64,000 nucleotides of DNA from Octopus bimaculoides. Its lineage: Eukaryota. Both the position numbers and the translations under genes were made by a program. The notes below the pieces were generated by a model, which did not search any database, was not told where the DNA came from, and was given only the letters and a program-made list of their open reading frames with translations. The DNA lies in contig NC_068991.1 of NCBI RefSeq assembly GCF_001194135.2, positions 16,495,100 to 16,559,099 of the forward strand, written 5' to 3'. The first letter of the stretch is position 1, and every line of letters begins with the position of its first letter. Below are positions 12,270 through 24,049 of the stretch, one piece after another.

Positions 12270-13074
12270 CACAAACACACAAATTCACATGCATATATAT
12301 ATATATGCATGCACACACACACACGCACACACAAATGGCAAGGATCATCAGTTAATGAGATATCAGCTATGTGATTGGCTTTTCCTATTTTATCCCTAAT
12401 ACTACATTGCTTCATAATTCTCAAAACAGCCCATTCTGCCTAGGTGTAAATAGGCACAGCAAATTAAGAATGACTTGTCATTCTAGAGAGCAACAAGTGT
12501 GTGCATGCATATGTGTAAAAGTAAGTGAACAAAGAAATGAAAATATCACTCATACATTTAGATAGAGACATATTTAATAAAAGGTTAACTCAGCTGGTGC
12601 TATTAAACTTTAAACAATGTTACACTTATGATGACCACAATATGACTATCATAAGTATAACATTATGAATGTTAGAACAGTGATTTAATCATCTCATCAA
12701 ATGCAAAAGACATCTCAAATTAAACAACAGGCACCAACCACTTCAAGAAAGATATTTTTTACTGAAATGTAGAATCACAACAAAGTATTTGCATGAAACG
12801 TGAAAATGTCAAGATAATTGACATAATTTCAAAATAACTGACAGATATTAAAGCAAAACGTGTCATTTGTCATATATTGTCTTCCTAGCTGTTTATTATA
12901 CAATTTTAAGAGCACCATTTAGTAAATATGATATAGAAGAAGTTCTATGAGTATGTGACCAGGTTCAAAAGAATTCCCATATTTTCAGATAAACAACAGT
13001 TGTAGCATAGTTTCTGATTGTTTTATACATACATATAAATACACACACACACATACATGTATGTATGTATGCAC

Positions 13075-13470
13075 TCGACGACTGGCCCCCATGCCAACGT
13101 CTTCTCCATTAGGCACTAAACTCTGCTTGCGAAGACCTGTTGGGGCAAGCGAAAGCGAAATCGTGATGGCACCATCTTCGAGCATGATCGTTACCAGCGT
13201 CGCCTTGCCGCAGCTTCGCATTTCTGGCACGTGAAAAGTCATTCGAGTGAGATCATTGCCAGTGCCGCTGGACTGGCTCCTGTGCAGGTGGCACGTAAAA
13301 TCACCCACTACACTCTCGGAGTGGTTGGCATTAGGAAGGGCATCCAGCTGTAGAAACTCTGCCAAATCAGATTGGAGCCTGGTGTAGCCATCTGGTTCAC
13401 CAGTCCTCAGTCAAATCGTCCAGCCCATGCTAGCATGGAAAGCGGACGTTAAACGATGATGATGATGACT
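13075..13470 (+). mobile_element. SINE family B with (GAT)n tail; further copies near 27570-27850, 46090-46330, 47640-47823, 49520-49710, 51780-52200, 52480-52875, 59630-59910
   Basis: Near-identical GGAAGGGCATCCAGCTGTAGAAACTCTGCCAAATCAG...CATGCTAGCATGGAAAGCGGACGTTAAACGATGATG in multiple dispersed copies. Confidence 0.85.
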
Positions 13471-13522
13471 TAGGCATTGCAAAACTAATAACCTAGCGTA
13501 GAACTCAATATACATATGCTTA

Positions 13523-13775
13523 AATTGAATTGACAAAGGAATAAATAATTATCTTTTGAACTTCATTGGCTTACAGCTGTTTCTAATATGAGGTGCAGTG
13601 GACTCATAGTTGCGTGCCTGAGTATCACTTTATAGCTTCATTGGATCTTCAAACATGATGAAACTATAAAGTGATGCTCAGGCACTCAACTGAGCCCAGT
13701 ACATCTTATAGCAGAAATGTTTGTAACCCAAAGTAGTTCATAAGATAACTGTTTATTCCTTTGTAATCTCAATTT
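13523..13775. repeat. Degenerate foldback element
   Basis: Arms AATTGACAAAGGAATAAA...CACTTTATAGCTTCAT and ATGAAACTATAAAGTG...TTTATTCCTTTGTAATCTCAATT are inverted complements. Confidence 0.7.
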
Positions 13776-14034
13776 CTTAAATATACGGGACCTTGATGAC
13801 TGCTATAAAGCAGGAAAGTATACTAGTCCTTATATATTTAATGTCCTTATTTAATGTCCTTATATTTAATACTCAATATTTCATTTATTCAATAAGACAT
13901 TCAATACTTTATTTCATTTTACTATATATATTATATATTCCATATTCTATATCCCACATTAATTTTATAAGAATGTAAATGAAACATAAAAAACAGACAG
14001 AGTTGGAACTCTTTTAAATAATATATATATATAT

Positions 14035-14652
14035 NNNNNNNNNNNNNNNNNNNNNNNNNNNNNNNNNNNNNNNNNNNNNNNNNNNNNNNNNNNNNNNNNN
14101 NNNNNNNNNNNNNNNNNNNNNNNNNNNNNNNNNNNNNNNNNNNNNNNNNNNNNNNNNNNNNNNNNNNNNNNNNNNNNNNNNNNNNNNNNNNNNNNNNNNN
14201 NNNNNNNNNNNNNNNNNNNNNNNNNNNNNNNNNNNNNNNNNNNNNNNNNNNNNNNNNNNNNNNNNNNNNNNNNNNNNNNNNNNNNNNNNNNNNNNNNNNN
14301 NNNNNNNNNNNNNNNNNNNNNNNNNNNNNNNNNNNNNNNNNNNNNNNNNNNNNNNNNNNNNNNNNNNNNNNNNNNNNNNNNNNNNNNNNNNNNNNNNNNN
14401 NNNNNNNNNNNNNNNNNNNNNNNNNNNNNNNNNNNNNNNNNNNNNNNNNNNNNNNNNNNNNNNNNNNNNNNNNNNNNNNNNNNNNNNNNNNNNNNNNNNN
14501 NNNNNNNNNNNNNNNNNNNNNNNNNNNNNNNNNNNNNNNNNNNNNNNNNNNNNNNNNNNNNNNNNNNNNNNNNNNNNNNNNNNNNNNNNNNNNNNNNNNN
14601 NNNNNNNNNNNNNNNNNNNNNNNNNNNNNNNNNNNNNNNNNNNNNNNNNNNN
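14035..14652. other. Assembly gap; other N-runs at about 6344, 26360, 42306, 47824, 59085 and 62492
   Basis: Runs of N. Confidence 1.
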
Positions 14653-15472
14653 TTGAAATATTCACCTTGTGCAGTAATACACCGGTCCCGGCGTTCCTGC
14701 CACTTTTGGAATCTGGCCTGGAAGTCGTTTTCCATAAATAAGTTGAGAACTTTCTGCAATTCACTCTGGGTCTCAACAACAGTGACCTTTGAGCTGCATT
14801 TTCATCTTGGGGAAAAGATAGAAATCAACAGGGGCTAAATCTGGTGAATAGGGTGGGTGCAGAAGTGATACCATGTTGTTTTTGGCAAGAAACTCACAAG
14901 TGAGGGGAGTTCAAAGACAGAGTGCATTGTCATCGTGAAGAATCTAATTCTTTGTGCTCCACAGATCCAGTCACTTCCGCTGAATGTCCTCCTTCAAACC
15001 TTTCAAATTGTCACAGTAGAACTCTCGATCGATGGTCAGGCCCTTGGGGATGGATTCTTGATGCACAATACCACATTTCCAGTGGGATGGGGTAACGCTT
15101 GTGGCAAGTCTTCCAGGGACGTTCTTCTGCTTTTGAAGTGCCCCATGCCTCTTGAAACATTGCATATGACCCATTGCCTCATTCTCATAAGCTCATCGAA
15201 GCAAGCTCAATGTCTCTGTAGCAGACTTCACAAGTTTAACACAAAATTTCATGTTGGCTCTTTGTTCTTGTCTTTGACAAAATCATGGACTACAGCATAT
15301 ACACGATCACTAAAACACAAATTTCACAACTTGCAAAGTAAACACAAGCAATGTCACTCAGCCCATTGCCACATCAAGGTCACTGCTAGCTCTCACTGTG
15401 CACTCAACCATGTGGTGCCATTTGTTGGCACAGAACAGAACTAATTCAGGAACACTCTGATACCACCTCGTA
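14653..15472 (-). mobile_element. Mariner (DD34D-type) transposon remnant, left end lost in gap
   Basis: GIVHQE.IP.G.TIDREFYC..LK.L.EDI.RK and the C-terminal FQ..FQKWQER..RCITAQGEYF. The terminus reads TA-CGAGGTGGTATCAG on the minus strand. Confidence 0.85.
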
Positions 15473-15732
15473 TGTATGTTTGTATGTATCATCATCATCA
15501 TTATCATTTTTAATATCCACATTTCCCATGCTTGCATGATGAATTTGGTTGAGGCAGATTTTCTATGACTGGATACCATCCCTCACTCACCTGTTTCCAA
15601 GTAAGTTAATATTTCTCCTTGGCTAAACATGTTTTCATGCAAGACTAGAAACGGATGAGACTGCTTGTATAACTGTGACATTCATTTATGATGTCAGGAC
15701 AAGGAAACACAAACACATACATACACAGTAAT

Positions 15733-16100
15733 GTTGTTGGCACTCCATCGCTTACGACGTCAAGGGTTCCAGTTGATCCGATCAACGGAACAGCCTGCTC
15801 GTGAAATTAACGTGCAAGTGGCTGAGCACTCCACAGACACGTGTACCCTTAGTGTAGTTCTCGCGGATATTCAGCATGACACAGTGTGACAAGGCTGGCC
15901 CTTTGAATTACAGGCACAACAGAAACAGGAAGTAAGTGTGAGAGAAAGTTGTGGTGAAAGAGTACAGCAGGGTTCGCCACCACCCCCTGCCGGAGCCTCA
16001 TGGAGCTTTAGGTGTTTTCGCTCAATAAACACTCACAACGCCCGGTCTGGGAAATGAAACTGCGAGTCTGCTGCCCTAACCACTGGGCCATTGCGTCTCC
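15733..16100 (-). mobile_element. tRNA-derived SINE family A
   Basis: Reverse complement of the copies at 20437, 39404 and 53080; ends in a (CAA)n tail. Confidence 0.9.
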
Positions 16101-16989
16101 ACAGTTGTACAGTATCCGACCCACAATGGATCAATGCAGGATGCGTCGAAATGATTGTTGAGCAATAAAGCTTCTTGTATATTCCATTTTCCATCTCTAT
16201 CATTCATTATATACTCAATGTACAATGAGGAATTCCCAATGTAGATCCAATGATAATTGTATAAACACCATGGTTGACGTCAGGTAGCCATATGCAGTGA
16301 ACATGCTGGACACTCTGTATATACATATATACATACACACAAGTGTGTGTGTGTGTCTGTTTATAGTTGCACTTCTTCCAAAGTTGTTCAGCTACTGGCA
16401 GCGGGTGTGTATATGTGTGTGTGTAAGGTCATTTCCTTTGCCAGCAGGTCATCTACTGGGTTTGTGTCTTCAAAGATCTATGTAATAAGGTAAATCTAAT
16501 TTGAAAACCAGTTAAGGGTTAGCAACAAAGAGGTTGTAAACCAATGTCTTGTTAATATATCTTGTATAACCAGTGCTAGCATAGAAAAAAACATAATTAA
16601 AAATGAAGGAATGAAACAAATGAAAAAAGGCAGTGTGAATAGGAATTTCATTTCAGAAATACATGGTACTTTGGGCTACGACAGCCTCACACTGACCAAT
16701 ACTTTTGTGAGTGGAAACTATGCAGAAGCTCATTGTATGTATATGTGTGTGTGTGTGTGTATGTGTATGTATGTATGTATTATCATCATTGTTTTAATGT
16801 CCACTTAGACATGAAAAAGTGGACATTAAAATATGTATATATATATATATATATATATCTTTTAAACTTGTTTACTGGAAATGTTTTGAATATGCAAATA
16901 ATAAGTTCCATCATGCCAGCCACAGTCTAATGATGCTGACTGGTGAACCAGTTTTTTGGGGTTGCAAAGAGCCGTACCATTATAATGTA

Positions 16990-17310
16990 GGATAAATATA
17001 GTAATAACAGCAATAATCCTTGGATGGAATTTATAAACATTTAATGCACCACTAAGCATGTTTCCACAAACCACAGTGGTCAAAAGGGATAAACATCCCT
17101 GTTAAACATCCATTAATGTTATATTGCCTGAAGAAATGAATCCATGAAGATGATCAACCCAATGCCTACATGTATACTACAGACTACACTGTAACCGTCC
17201 CAGGAATACAGATTGTGATCTTAGAAGATACGTGATTTGTGGAAAGTGCATAGTGATGTATTAAATGTTTATAAAATCCGTTCAAGGATTATTGCTATTG
17301 TTACTATATA
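16990..17310. mobile_element. Old MITE-like element with ~90 bp inverted arms
   Basis: ATAGTAATAACAGCAATAATCCTTGGATGGAATTTATAAACATTTAAT...CCACAAACCAC versus GTGATTTGTGG...ATTAAATGTTTATAAAATCCGTTCAAGGATTATTGCTATTGTTACTAT. Confidence 0.7.
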
Positions 17311-17328
17311 TATACATATATTTATTTG

Positions 17329-17472
17329 TATTAAGGGCATTACTATACATAAATGCTTCATGCTAGGAGGGACTCTTAAAGTCAAAACTACCATGATAAT
17401 GTTTATTAAGGTAGTTTTGACTTTAAGAGTCCCTCCTAGCGTGAGGCATTTATGTATAGTAATGCCCTTAAT
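17329..17472. mobile_element. Near-perfect hairpin MITE (~65 bp arms)
   Basis: TATTAAGGGCATTACTATACATAAATGC...AAAACTACC / GGTAGTTTT...GCATTTATGTATAGTAATGCCCTTAATA. Confidence 0.8.
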
Positions 17473-19369
17473 ATACATAAAAATATTTATAGGGAATAAT
17501 TAATAAATTTTTCTCTTATGAGGTTTTTCACGCTAACTACTTGATAAATTCTTATAAAGATTTTATCCTATATTTAAACTGTGTGTGTATATATATATAT
17601 ATATACATACCGGAGTAAGCACATAAAATGTGCAACAAGGTGGAAAAAAGAGTACTCAAATACCAGAGGTAGAGTCTATATATATATTCATGTATAAATA
17701 CATGTAGTGTCTGTCCACGTTAAGATGTATATCTTAACATGAACACACACACATACACATGTCTCATCATCACCATCGTTTTGATAGCCACTTTTTGATG
17801 CCTACCTGGTTTGGATGAAGTTTATTGAGCCAGATTTTCCACAGCTGGATACCTTGCCTGTTTCCAAGTAACGTAATCTTTCTCCATGGCCATGCATATT
17901 TCCACAGAATACTGCAAACGAATTACACTGTTTGTGTGACTGACACTCATGTACAACTACTACATGTAGCCAAGACAAGGAAACAAAAATACACACACAC
18001 ACAAGATGAGCTTCTTTCAGTTTCCGTCTACTAAATCCACTCACAAGACTTTGGTCACAACTTAGGTCAGAGTGCTATGCAGTGGGACTGAACCCTGAAC
18101 CATGTGGTTGGGAAGCAAACCTCTGAAGTACACAACTACCTCTGTCTGCCTGTGTGTATGTACACACACATAGCTACCTCTCCAGCCAGTCTCTCTTTCT
18201 CTCTCTGTATATATATGTATGCATATCATTATTCAGTATATTTCTTGCCAATAGAGAAAGAGCCGGTTTCTAACCTAGATCCAAGGCTCCTTCATTGGAA
18301 TTTCAACATCAACAACAGGGTGGGTATGTAGGTATGCATGCATGTATGTATGCATGCATGCATGTATATAACAAATATTGCGATTCAGTCTTATATAAGC
18401 TTCCGTTTATGTTATTTACAATTTTTTTGTAAACATTATAAAAATGATTAATATAGAATAATTACATGCTCAGGCATGTTACATTTCATCGATCAGTAGA
18501 GTTAAATGTGTATTGTTGTTTTACGGAAAAAGAGTAACATTAAGACGAATATAACAACTGTTTCTGTTATTTTATTAGATGAGAAAAAAAATGGGGATAA
18601 AAACATGTTCATGTTCATAACAAAATGTTCTTTAAATACATTCCTTATTTGTTTTTTGTTTTTTTTTCACAAATGAAAAAATAAAATAAAACTTACTATA
18701 GTTCAAAACAGAAACAGGTGTTTGTCTTGATTAAATTCTTTTTTTTTTTTTATAAATGAAAATAAAATAAAAGTTTTTAAATTGCTGAGTTTCAGGCGGC
18801 GAAAAAAAAAAACTTGAAAGATGACAGGTATTGAAAACTTTATACCGTCTAAAATATATTTCAACCAAAAATAATATATTACAGTTTAGAGGAATGCATT
18901 ATTTTTTTTCTGTTTATGTTATTAATTTTTTTAAAAACTTTTTGAGGAGGGTTATGTCAGAATTGATAAACCGAGGGACTAAATTCCTCGTGGAATTTAC
19001 TTAAGTCCCTTTACGTTTTCTTGTTTAAAATCTTACCTAGGTCCACTTTTGCCTGTCGTCTTTGTAAAATCGATGAAAGTACATGGGTTGATATAATCGA
19101 TTAAACCTAATAAAGGCAGTGCTACGGTATGGCCGTAATTCAAATGGTGAATTCTGGGTATAACCGACTTAATGGACCTCAGTATTTGACTGGGCTCTGA
19201 TTTTCTCGACCCGGGTAAGATTTGAACTCAGAACGTAAAGGGAGATAATTAAACAGAACATCATATTTACTCCGTCGATCCACCAATCGGGTCCCTATCC
19301 AATAATGATTATAAAAATAATTATAACAGTTAATAATTATAGTCATGAACTTAGGTAAACATAAATATT

Positions 19370-20332
19370 TTACGTGACTTTCCGCTTTGAATTAATTCTC
19401 CACGCTCCAATAGAATAGTGAAGCCAAATGAGGAAGAGGTCCTTGCCCATTTGTAACCAGCTCCAGAAAGGAACTAATTTGGAGCCTTCAATTTCTTCCC
19501 AAGTGACAGCTACTTCTGCAATGGTCATTTTAAAATACTGCGCAAGATAAAGAATGTCAACATCGAAAGCCCACCTTTCCACGTGTAAGTTTCGGAACAG
19601 AAGCAAAGCGGCCTCTCTACTCAGCAGTTTAAATCCACACTGGGTATCCTTCACACCTCTCACGCAGAGAAACCAAACAACAAAGTGGAAACCGTACATG
19701 AGAATAGTCCTAAAGTAGGTCCGTGTGGCTATAGACTCTTTTTCCAAGTGTGCTCGTGAACCGCAAATTACGACCAAATTTGACGGAGTTTTTCGAACTT
19801 CTTGCTCTAATTTCTTTTCCAATTTACCCAGATCACTGAACTTAGTGGCTCCATCAGCATCGGCGAAGAGTATTCTTCGACCACGGGACGACAATACTCC
19901 TAGACGGATAGCACCACCTTTACCGCGATTTTTCTCAAGCGTTAATACCCGGACTTTATCTACTCCATACTTCCCTACGTACAACAGTCCGGTTTTTGTA
20001 GTGTTGTCGTTACTGCCATCGTCAACGATGATTATCTCGTACGTAAAAGCGGGGTTGCTTTTCTGTCGTTTGTTTAAGAAAGCTATAGCTTCGTTCAACA
20101 TCTGCGGCATTCGCTCTTCTTCATTATATGCAGGTACCACAACAGTAAGGTCTATAGAGGCAGCGTCGATATTATGCAAAAAACGAGACTTTTTGTTGTT
20201 GTTTTTCGGATCGACGAAGAACATTTCGGACTCATGACGTTCAAGGCTCGGATGGGGTTCCGCAACGATGTATACAAAAAATAAACATATGAATATCACC
20301 AAAACGATGATAATTAAACCGGCGAATAACAT
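19370..20332 (-). CDS. ALG5: Dolichyl-phosphate beta-glucosyltransferase, intronless, 320 aa
   Basis: N-terminal TM helix, then the GT2 motifs VVVPAYNEEER, IIIVDDGS, NRGKGGA, LFADADGAT, DTQCGFK, WAFDV, W.EIEGSKL and WSWLQMGKDL. ATG at 20332; the longer ORF start at 20539 lies inside a SINE. Confidence 0.95.
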   Translation of the reverse strand: MLFAGLIIIVLVIFICLFFVYIVAEPHPSLERHESEMFFVDPKNNNKKSRFLHNIDAASIDLTVVVPAYNEEERMPQMLNEAIAFLNKRQKSNPAFTYEIIIVDDGSNDNTTKTGLLYVGKYGVDKVRVLTLEKNRGKGGAIRLGVLSSRGRRILFADADGATKFSDLGKLEKKLEQEVRKTPSNLVVICGSRAHLEKESIATRTYFRTILMYGFHFVVWFLCVRGVKDTQCGFKLLSREAALLLFRNLHVERWAFDVDILYLAQYFKMTIAEVAVTWEEIEGSKLVPFWSWLQMGKDLFLIWLHYSIGAWRINSKRKVT

Positions 20333-20436
20333 CGCCACGTCTGTCGCTATTTGTTGAGTGTTTGTGTCTTTTTGAGTTTTCACAACGCAGAAGAGTTCTA
20401 CACTCTCCGAAGCTCTCTGGTCTATGTAATTAAAGT

Positions 20437-20825
20437 GAAGATGCAATGGCCCAGTGGTTAGGGCAGCGGACTCGCGGTCATAGGATCGCGGTTTCGATTC
20501 CCAGACCGGGCGTTGTGAGTGTTTATTGAGTGAAAACACCTAAAAGCTCCACGAGGCTCCGGCAGGGGATGGTGGCGAACCCTGCTGTACTCTTTCACCA
20601 CAACTTTCTCTCACTCTTACTTCCTGTTTCTGTTGTGCCTGTAATTCAAAGGGTCAGCCTTGTCACACTGTGTCACGCTGAATATCCCCGAGAACTACGT
20701 TAAGGGTACACGTGTCTGTGGAGTGCTCAGCCACTTGCATGTTAATTTCACGAGCAGTCTGTTCCGTTGATCGGATCAACTGGAACCCTCGACGTCGTAA
20801 GCGACAGAGTTTCAACAACAACAAC
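20437..20825 (+). mobile_element. tRNA-derived SINE family A, young copy just upstream of ALG5
   Basis: A-box TGGCCCAGTGGTTAGG, B-box GGTTTCGATTCCC, CpGs retained, (CAA)n tail; near-identical to three other copies. Confidence 0.9.
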
Positions 20826-21019
20826 ATGTAATCAAAAGCGTTTGTAGTGAGTGATGTTGACATATAGCCTGTCTTGATCTATTCTTCTTGCTACATTAAA
20901 TTTTAAGCTGTTGACCTGTGGCTGTCACCAATATCACCATCACCAAAAAATATGCCTCTGTTTTTTTTTTTATTATCACCACTCACTTTTCCTTTCTAAT
21001 TTTGGTACAAGGCCAGCAG

Positions 21020-21420
21020 TTGATTACATCGACTCCTGCACTTAACTGGAGCACCGCCTTTAGTCGAGCAAATCGACCCCAGGACTTATTCTTTGGAAGC
21101 CTAGTATTTATTTTATCGTTCTCTTGTGCCGAACTGCTAAGTTACGGGGACGTAAACACACCAGCATCGGTTGTCAAGCGATGTTGGGGGGACAAACCAA
21201 ACACAGACACACAAACATATACACACACATACATATATATATATACATATATACGACGGGCTTCTTTCAGTTTCCATCTACCAAATCCACTCACAAGGCT
21301 TTGGTCGGCCTGAGGCTATAGTAGAAGACACTTGCCCAAGGTGCCACGCAGTGGGACTGAACCCGGAACCATGTGGTTGGTAAGCAAGCTACTTACCACA
21401 CAGCCACTCCTACGCCTAGA
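21020..21420 (-). mobile_element. tRNA-derived SINE family C; other copies near 29100-29480, 36220-36620, 43180-43350, 45915-46090, 49915-50090, 50130-50490
   Basis: GGCTGTGTGGTAAG..GCTTGCTT..CAACCACATGGTTCCGGGTTCAGTCCCACTGCGTGGCACC head repeated across the window. Confidence 0.85.
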
Positions 21421-22455
21421 TATTAAAATTTCTTTTTATATTTCTGATCTTTCTGATGTCTAGGGATGTATAATGATGTGTATGAGTCTGTTTTCTAGAG
21501 AACTGAGGTAGCAAAATTACATTATCTTGTGTTACTCAATTTTCCCCAGCCAAATTTATCTTTTATATGGTCAAAGAGAACAGTGATAATTTTCTGAAAT
21601 AGTGTTCAGATTATGTTAAAATGCTTTTAATGCATTTAGGAAAGGACATTTGCTTAGCTAATATAGTTTTTGTGAGATAGTGACCATTTTTGAAAATACA
21701 TGGTCTGATCAATAAGTATCCGGACTGTTGCCATAGTAACAAAGCCAAAGCACTTGGCACAGATTGATCTTGAACTCTGCTGTGCAGTTGCACTAAGTTT
21801 TAACATTCTAGCTCACTATATATATATATATATATGTGATGTGGTGTGGTGGTGTGTGGTGTGATGTGGTGGTGTTGGGATGTGTGGGAGGTGAGAGTGG
21901 GGAAAGCAAGGGTGGGGTACACAGAGGCTTCCTATAGTTTTCTAAGTTGGAACCAAGACCAATAGCAATGATAACCAGGAGCGAGGAAGTTGAAACTGGG
22001 ACTAATTAGTGTTATTCTTCATAAAAACAGTTAAAATTTCTCCTAACTTTTTCATAATTTTCATGTTCTTCAAGTTTTCTCAGCAAGGCCTTCACCTGTT
22101 CACGAACAAAATACATAGACTCTACATTCTTCTGTATTTGTAATTAGATTTCGCATTCCCAGTTTAGTACCTGACATGTTGGTATAGTTCTACTCCATGA
22201 TCAGAAATGTTTTGTTGAAAAGGTAGGACTAATCAGTCATCATCATCATTATCATTTAGCATCTGTTGTGAGTGAGATGTGCTAAAAATAACAGGTCAAT
22301 AATCCTTAAATCACTCACCAAAATTTTTTTTTTTGTTTTGGCTTTTACATAATCATACGAATTCCCATGTGTAGGACGTAAATTCTAAAAACTTTTCTAA
22401 AAATTATTTACATTATTTACATTTGACAGATATTTGTCCTCATCTTGTTTGTTGC

Positions 22456-22503
22456 TAACACAACGTTTTGACTGATATACCCTCCAGCCTTCATCAGGTG
22501 TCT
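22456..22503 (-). ncRNA. Hammerhead motif, mutated copy (GAAA to AAAA)
   Basis: Reverse complement reads GACACCTGATGAAGGCTGGAGGGTATATCAGTCAAAACGTTGTGTT; catalytic G12 is lost. Confidence 0.55.
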
Positions 22504-22832
22504 TGGGGAAATTTCGAACCTGGGTTCTCATTCCTAAGATATTTTTCAACGTTATTATTATTATTATTATCATTATTATTATTATTGTTATTATTATTCA
22601 GGTCACTGCCTGGAATTGAACTTGGTATCTTGGGGTTAGTAGCCCGCACTCTTAACCACTATGCCATATGCCTGGGCATATGGCGTAGTGGTTAAGAGCA
22701 CGGGCTACTAACCCCAAGATACCAAGTTCAATTCCAGGCAGTGACCTGAATAATAATAACAATAATAATAATAATAATAATAACATTGAAAAATATCTTA
22801 GGAATGAGAACCCAGGTTTGAAATTTCCCCAA

Positions 22833-22878
22833 GACACCTGATGAAGGCTGGAGGGTATATCAGCTGAAACGTTGTGTT
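22833..22878 (+). ncRNA. Minimal type-I hammerhead ribozyme motif (intact core)
   Basis: GACAC-CTGATGA-A-GGCTG(GAGGGTATAT)CAGCT-GAAA-C-GT-T-GTGTT. Stem I is GACAC/GTGTT, stem II GGCTG/CAGCT, and stem III is the palindromic AACGTT typical of dimer-forming Penelope hammerheads. Confidence 0.72.
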
Positions 22879-24049
22879 AACAGCAAACAAGATGAGGACA
22901 AATATCCGTCAAGTGTAAGTAATGTAAATAATGTACATAATTCCTCATCTCTTAAATATAGAACTGTATTTTCTAAAATTTCTAAAAAATAAACTAGTTA
23001 TGAAGAGTTACATGGCATGTTTAAAGCAGAATTCCTCTAATTTTCCTAAATCTTTTGAATCCAACACACATATCAGGGCACCTCTGGTTCTATGATAAAC
23101 TTCTTGTTTTTGAAGTGATTAGATCAAAATTTCAAAATAATTTGTTCCAAATACTAGATTAATAATGACAAAGTTATTTTGCTAACTTCGTTATTTTCAA
23201 AATTAAGTGAAACAAATATATCTAATTTCTCTAGTTCTGATAGACAAGAGCAAAAACGAATAATGCATTCTGTTCTAAAAATTGCAAAATTCATTTCGAC
23301 TGCTTAGCAATAAATACTTCACACTCAATTGCTAATAAAAGAACAAGGGACATAATTCCACCATACATTGTTAAAGAGTTATGTTACTTCGATATTGGCG
23401 AGTTCGGATTAAAGAAAATATTTAAGATAAATTTTGAGAGACAATGAAGGAGCCTGTATGTGGTTGTTGGATGACCATTGCATTAACTGCAACCCAATCA
23501 CTGAAATAATTCCACTGCGACTGTTCTGAGATGAGGCTGTTGGTCACTGTAGATAGGCTTCAGAGTTTAGGTCATTCCAGTTGTCATTGCCTGGTTGGCT
23601 GGTTAATTTGGCTGTTGGTCGAAATTCATGTTCTCTCTTTCTCTTTCTTCCTTCTCTCAGCAGGGAACAAATTTAGCATTGTACAGTACAGCAGAATCAA
23701 GCATTCACAACTTCAAAAAAAAGAATTTATCAGTCCATGACCACAGAACAGAGACAGTAAGAAGGATTGGTTTAAACTGTATAAGGAACTGTTAATGGAA
23801 GGAACGATAAAGCGTGTTTCTTTGAATGGCTAATAATGAATATTAACACATGGGTCTCAGATTTAATCATTTGCCGGACAAGTACACTTCCAAAATATTT
23901 TTGACAGTCAACTAAAATTACTATCATATCTCTTCCAAGTGAGTTCAAACTAACCAAAGATCACTTTAGTGCCCCATCAAGATGACTTGGGGCTAAATTC
24001 CATGTCCAACACTTGTAGACATGCTTAGAAAATAATAATAAAAAAAAAC

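Larger units (their letters stand above)
22402..22966. mobile_element. Palindromic element with head-to-head tRNA-like heads and hammerhead-bearing arms (Penelope-like/retrozyme-like)
   Basis: ~270 bp inverted arms separated by 2 nt (22673-22674). Each arm reads tRNA-like head, (AAT)n, body, hammerhead motif, tail. Confidence 0.85.

Noticed and set aside
11687-12424. Long ORFs rich in YI/CV/HT (also 4746-5128, 33343-33760, 50874-51380, 59865-60340)
   Set aside because: Translations of (TA)n, (CA)n, (GAAA)n or (GAT)n microsatellites.
13931-14779. ORFs spanning N-runs (also 47718-48515, 58894-59857)
   Set aside because: Artefacts of assembly gaps.
19030-19100. Apparent minus-strand splice donor/exon downstream of ALG5
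   Set aside because: The sequence is a degenerate SINE family D copy.
19725-20237. 170-aa plus-strand ORF
   Set aside because: Antisense shadow of ALG5 with no recognisable motifs.
20333-20539. N-terminal extension of the ALG5 ORF (389 aa)
   Set aside because: The start lies inside an antisense SINE. The Met at 20332 precedes the TM anchor and gives the expected ~320 aa.
22675-22745. Possible tRNA gene (anticodon loop CTACTAA)
   Set aside because: The acceptor and T stems do not pair properly and the sequence is embedded in a repeat. It is treated as a SINE-type head, as are the heads of families A, C, D and E.
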